Origin: Octopus bimaculoides
Lineage: Eukaryota
Direction: 5' to 3'
Length of the DNA stretch: 64,000 nt
NCBI RefSeq assembly: GCF_001194135.2
Contig: NC_068984.1
Span: 125,953,726 to 126,017,725 of the forward strand
Part shown: positions 62,175-64,000 of the stretch, piece after piece
Position numbering within the stretch: position 1 is the first letter of the stretch
Layout: the number at the start of each line of letters is the position of its first letter
Notes under the pieces: generated by a model
Told to the model about the DNA's origin: nothing
What the model saw: the letters and a program-made list of their open reading frames with translations, nothing else
Databases searched by the model: none
Translations under genes and position numbers: made by a program

Positions 62175-63055
62175 GGTATAGTTAAAAAGTATCCGACCAT
62201 GATTTTTTTTTGCACAAAATAATAATGCATGAGCAAAATCCACATGGGTATTAGGTGGCCACGTCCTTCTTGAGCATGCGCAAAAATTTTCACGTCTGTA
62301 GGCTGCACCATTCGTCCACAGTGACATGTTAAGTACAGACACGAACAGTGTCTGTGCAATTATTCTTTTTGAGTCAAGATGACCGAGTGCATTGAGCAAA
62401 GATACTGTATCAAATTCTGCCAGAAACTTGGTGATATGCAAACCCAGACTACTGAGAAGATTCAGAAGGCCTTTGGAGACGATGCTATGGGAAAAACACA
62501 AATAAAGGAGTCGTACAACTGGTTCGAAGATGGCCACACCTCAGTGGACTGTGACCCATGAATATGCACCACAAGGTCAGACAATTAACAAAGAATACTA
62601 CTTAGGGGTTCTTTGTCACCTTTGTGAAGCAGTGCAGCAAAAATGACCTGACCTGTGGACAGCAAAGAACTGGTAACTCCACCATGGCAACACATCTGCT
62701 CATTCTGCCCATGTCATCTAAGCATTCCTCATCAAGCAAAACACACCACTTGCTCATCAGGCTTCCTACTCCCCAGATTTGGCTCTGTGTAACTTTTGGC
62801 TATTCCCAAAGCTCAAAAAAATTATCAAAGGGAGATTTCAGTCAACAGAGGTCATTTAGCAAGATTCAACGGCACAGCTCTACAGCATCCCAAAAAGTGA
62901 TTTCCAGAAATGTTTCCAGCAGTGGCATGAATGCTGGTGGAAGTGTGTAAACTCCCAAGGTGAATACTTTGAAGGAGATTAAATCAAAATGGTGTGTTTT
63001 TTAATATTACTTGTTTTTTGGCCAAAGGTTGGTTACTTTTTGACTAAACCTCATA
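62168..63055 (+). mobile_element. Internally deleted mariner transposon
   Basis: MTECIEQRYCIKFCQKLG..; PQGQTINKEYYL..; YSPDLALCNFWLFPKLK..GEYFEGD*; imperfect TIRs flanked by TA. Confidence 0.88.
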
Positions 63056-63554
63056 TCTATCTATCTACTTTTTGACTAAACCTCATATCTATATATATAT
63101 ATACTGATAAAAGCAAAATTCTGTCTATCTGTCTGGAACCCCTATATCTCAGTCTACATTTGCTCTACATGGATGTACTATACCATTTGGGAATCAGGAT
63201 GATCCTGGGATTGAAAAACTTGTCCTTTATTTGGTTCTTGAACATCTAGCATTGGTATCTGATTTAAAAGCATTTGGGTTGCTATTTCTTGCAGGTAAAG
63301 CTTGGCTGATCCACATCATCCTACTTGGCATTTGTCAGATAATGTCAGAGATAAAGAGGGAGACAAATGATATTCACTCCGTTACTTTTATGTTGAGATA
63401 AGAAATTTGGGACAAATTAGACAACAGTTGGAATTCAATTTGGGACAGGAACAATAGAATGATTGCATTACAGAATTAATTCTCATCTGTCCTTAACCTC
63501 TGATCAAACAAAACTGGGGCATGTAGTCATTAAAGACATATCATAGTTGTGCCA

Positions 63555-63865
63555 GTGGCACGTGTAAAGACATTCGAGCAAGATCGTTGCCAGTGCCGCT
63601 GGACTGGCTCCTGTGCAGGTGGCACATAAAATACACCATATTGAGCATGGCCGTTGCCAGTACGCCTGACTGGCCTTCGTGCCGGTGGCACGTAAAAGCA
63701 CCCACTACACTCTCGGAGTGGTTGGCATTAGGAAGGGCATCCAGCTGTAGAAACTCTGCCAAATCAGATTGGAGCCTGGTGTAGCCATCTGGTTCACCAG
63801 TCCTCAGTCAAATCGTCCAACCCATGCTAGCATGGAAAGCAAACGTTAAACGATGATGATGATGA
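63555..63865 (+). mobile_element. RTE-family 3' UTR copy
   Basis: same motifs and tail. Confidence 0.88.
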
Positions 63866-64000
63866 GGAGGAGGAGGATGCTATTTAGCTCTCTTTAGTTT
63901 TGGGCTGCAGGCCCAATTAGCCCTCTGCAAGAGCTAGCTTAAAAGTTCACATGGAGTGCTGCTTTTAAGCTAGTGTATATATATATATATATATATATAT

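Overview
Repeat-rich animal genomic DNA with several N gaps. The (TA)n/(CA)n/(GAT)n microsatellites and the SINE/RTE repeat families point to an octopus-type coleoid genome; that is recognition, not a database result. The + strand carries 25 internal coding exons (500..42600, 2644 nt, one open frame of 881 codons, all introns GT-AG with consistent phases) of WASHC4/SWIP (KIAA1033, WASH complex subunit 4). The N-terminal exons lie upstream of the window, and the C-terminus after 42600 is unresolved, with several candidate phase-1 exons. The introns and downstream region hold RTE-clade LINE fragments and many copies of their 3' UTR, modular tRNA-derived SINEs, hAT (Buster-type), piggyBac-like and mariner/maT elements, fold-back elements and ~32-bp minisatellites. 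The most interesting unexplained signal is a set of minimal type I hammerhead-ribozyme motifs. One has an intact core inside a 353-bp direct-repeat unit ending in a 36-bp fold-back (14013..14499), resembling a Penelope-like element or non-LTR retrozyme. The others are an overlapping inverted pair (47015..47099) and a degenerate branched copy (59712..59836). Boundaries of diverged repeats are approximate, and the human WASHC4 comparisons are from memory. Apart from transposon fragments and overlaps with real exons, the supplied ORFs are spurious.
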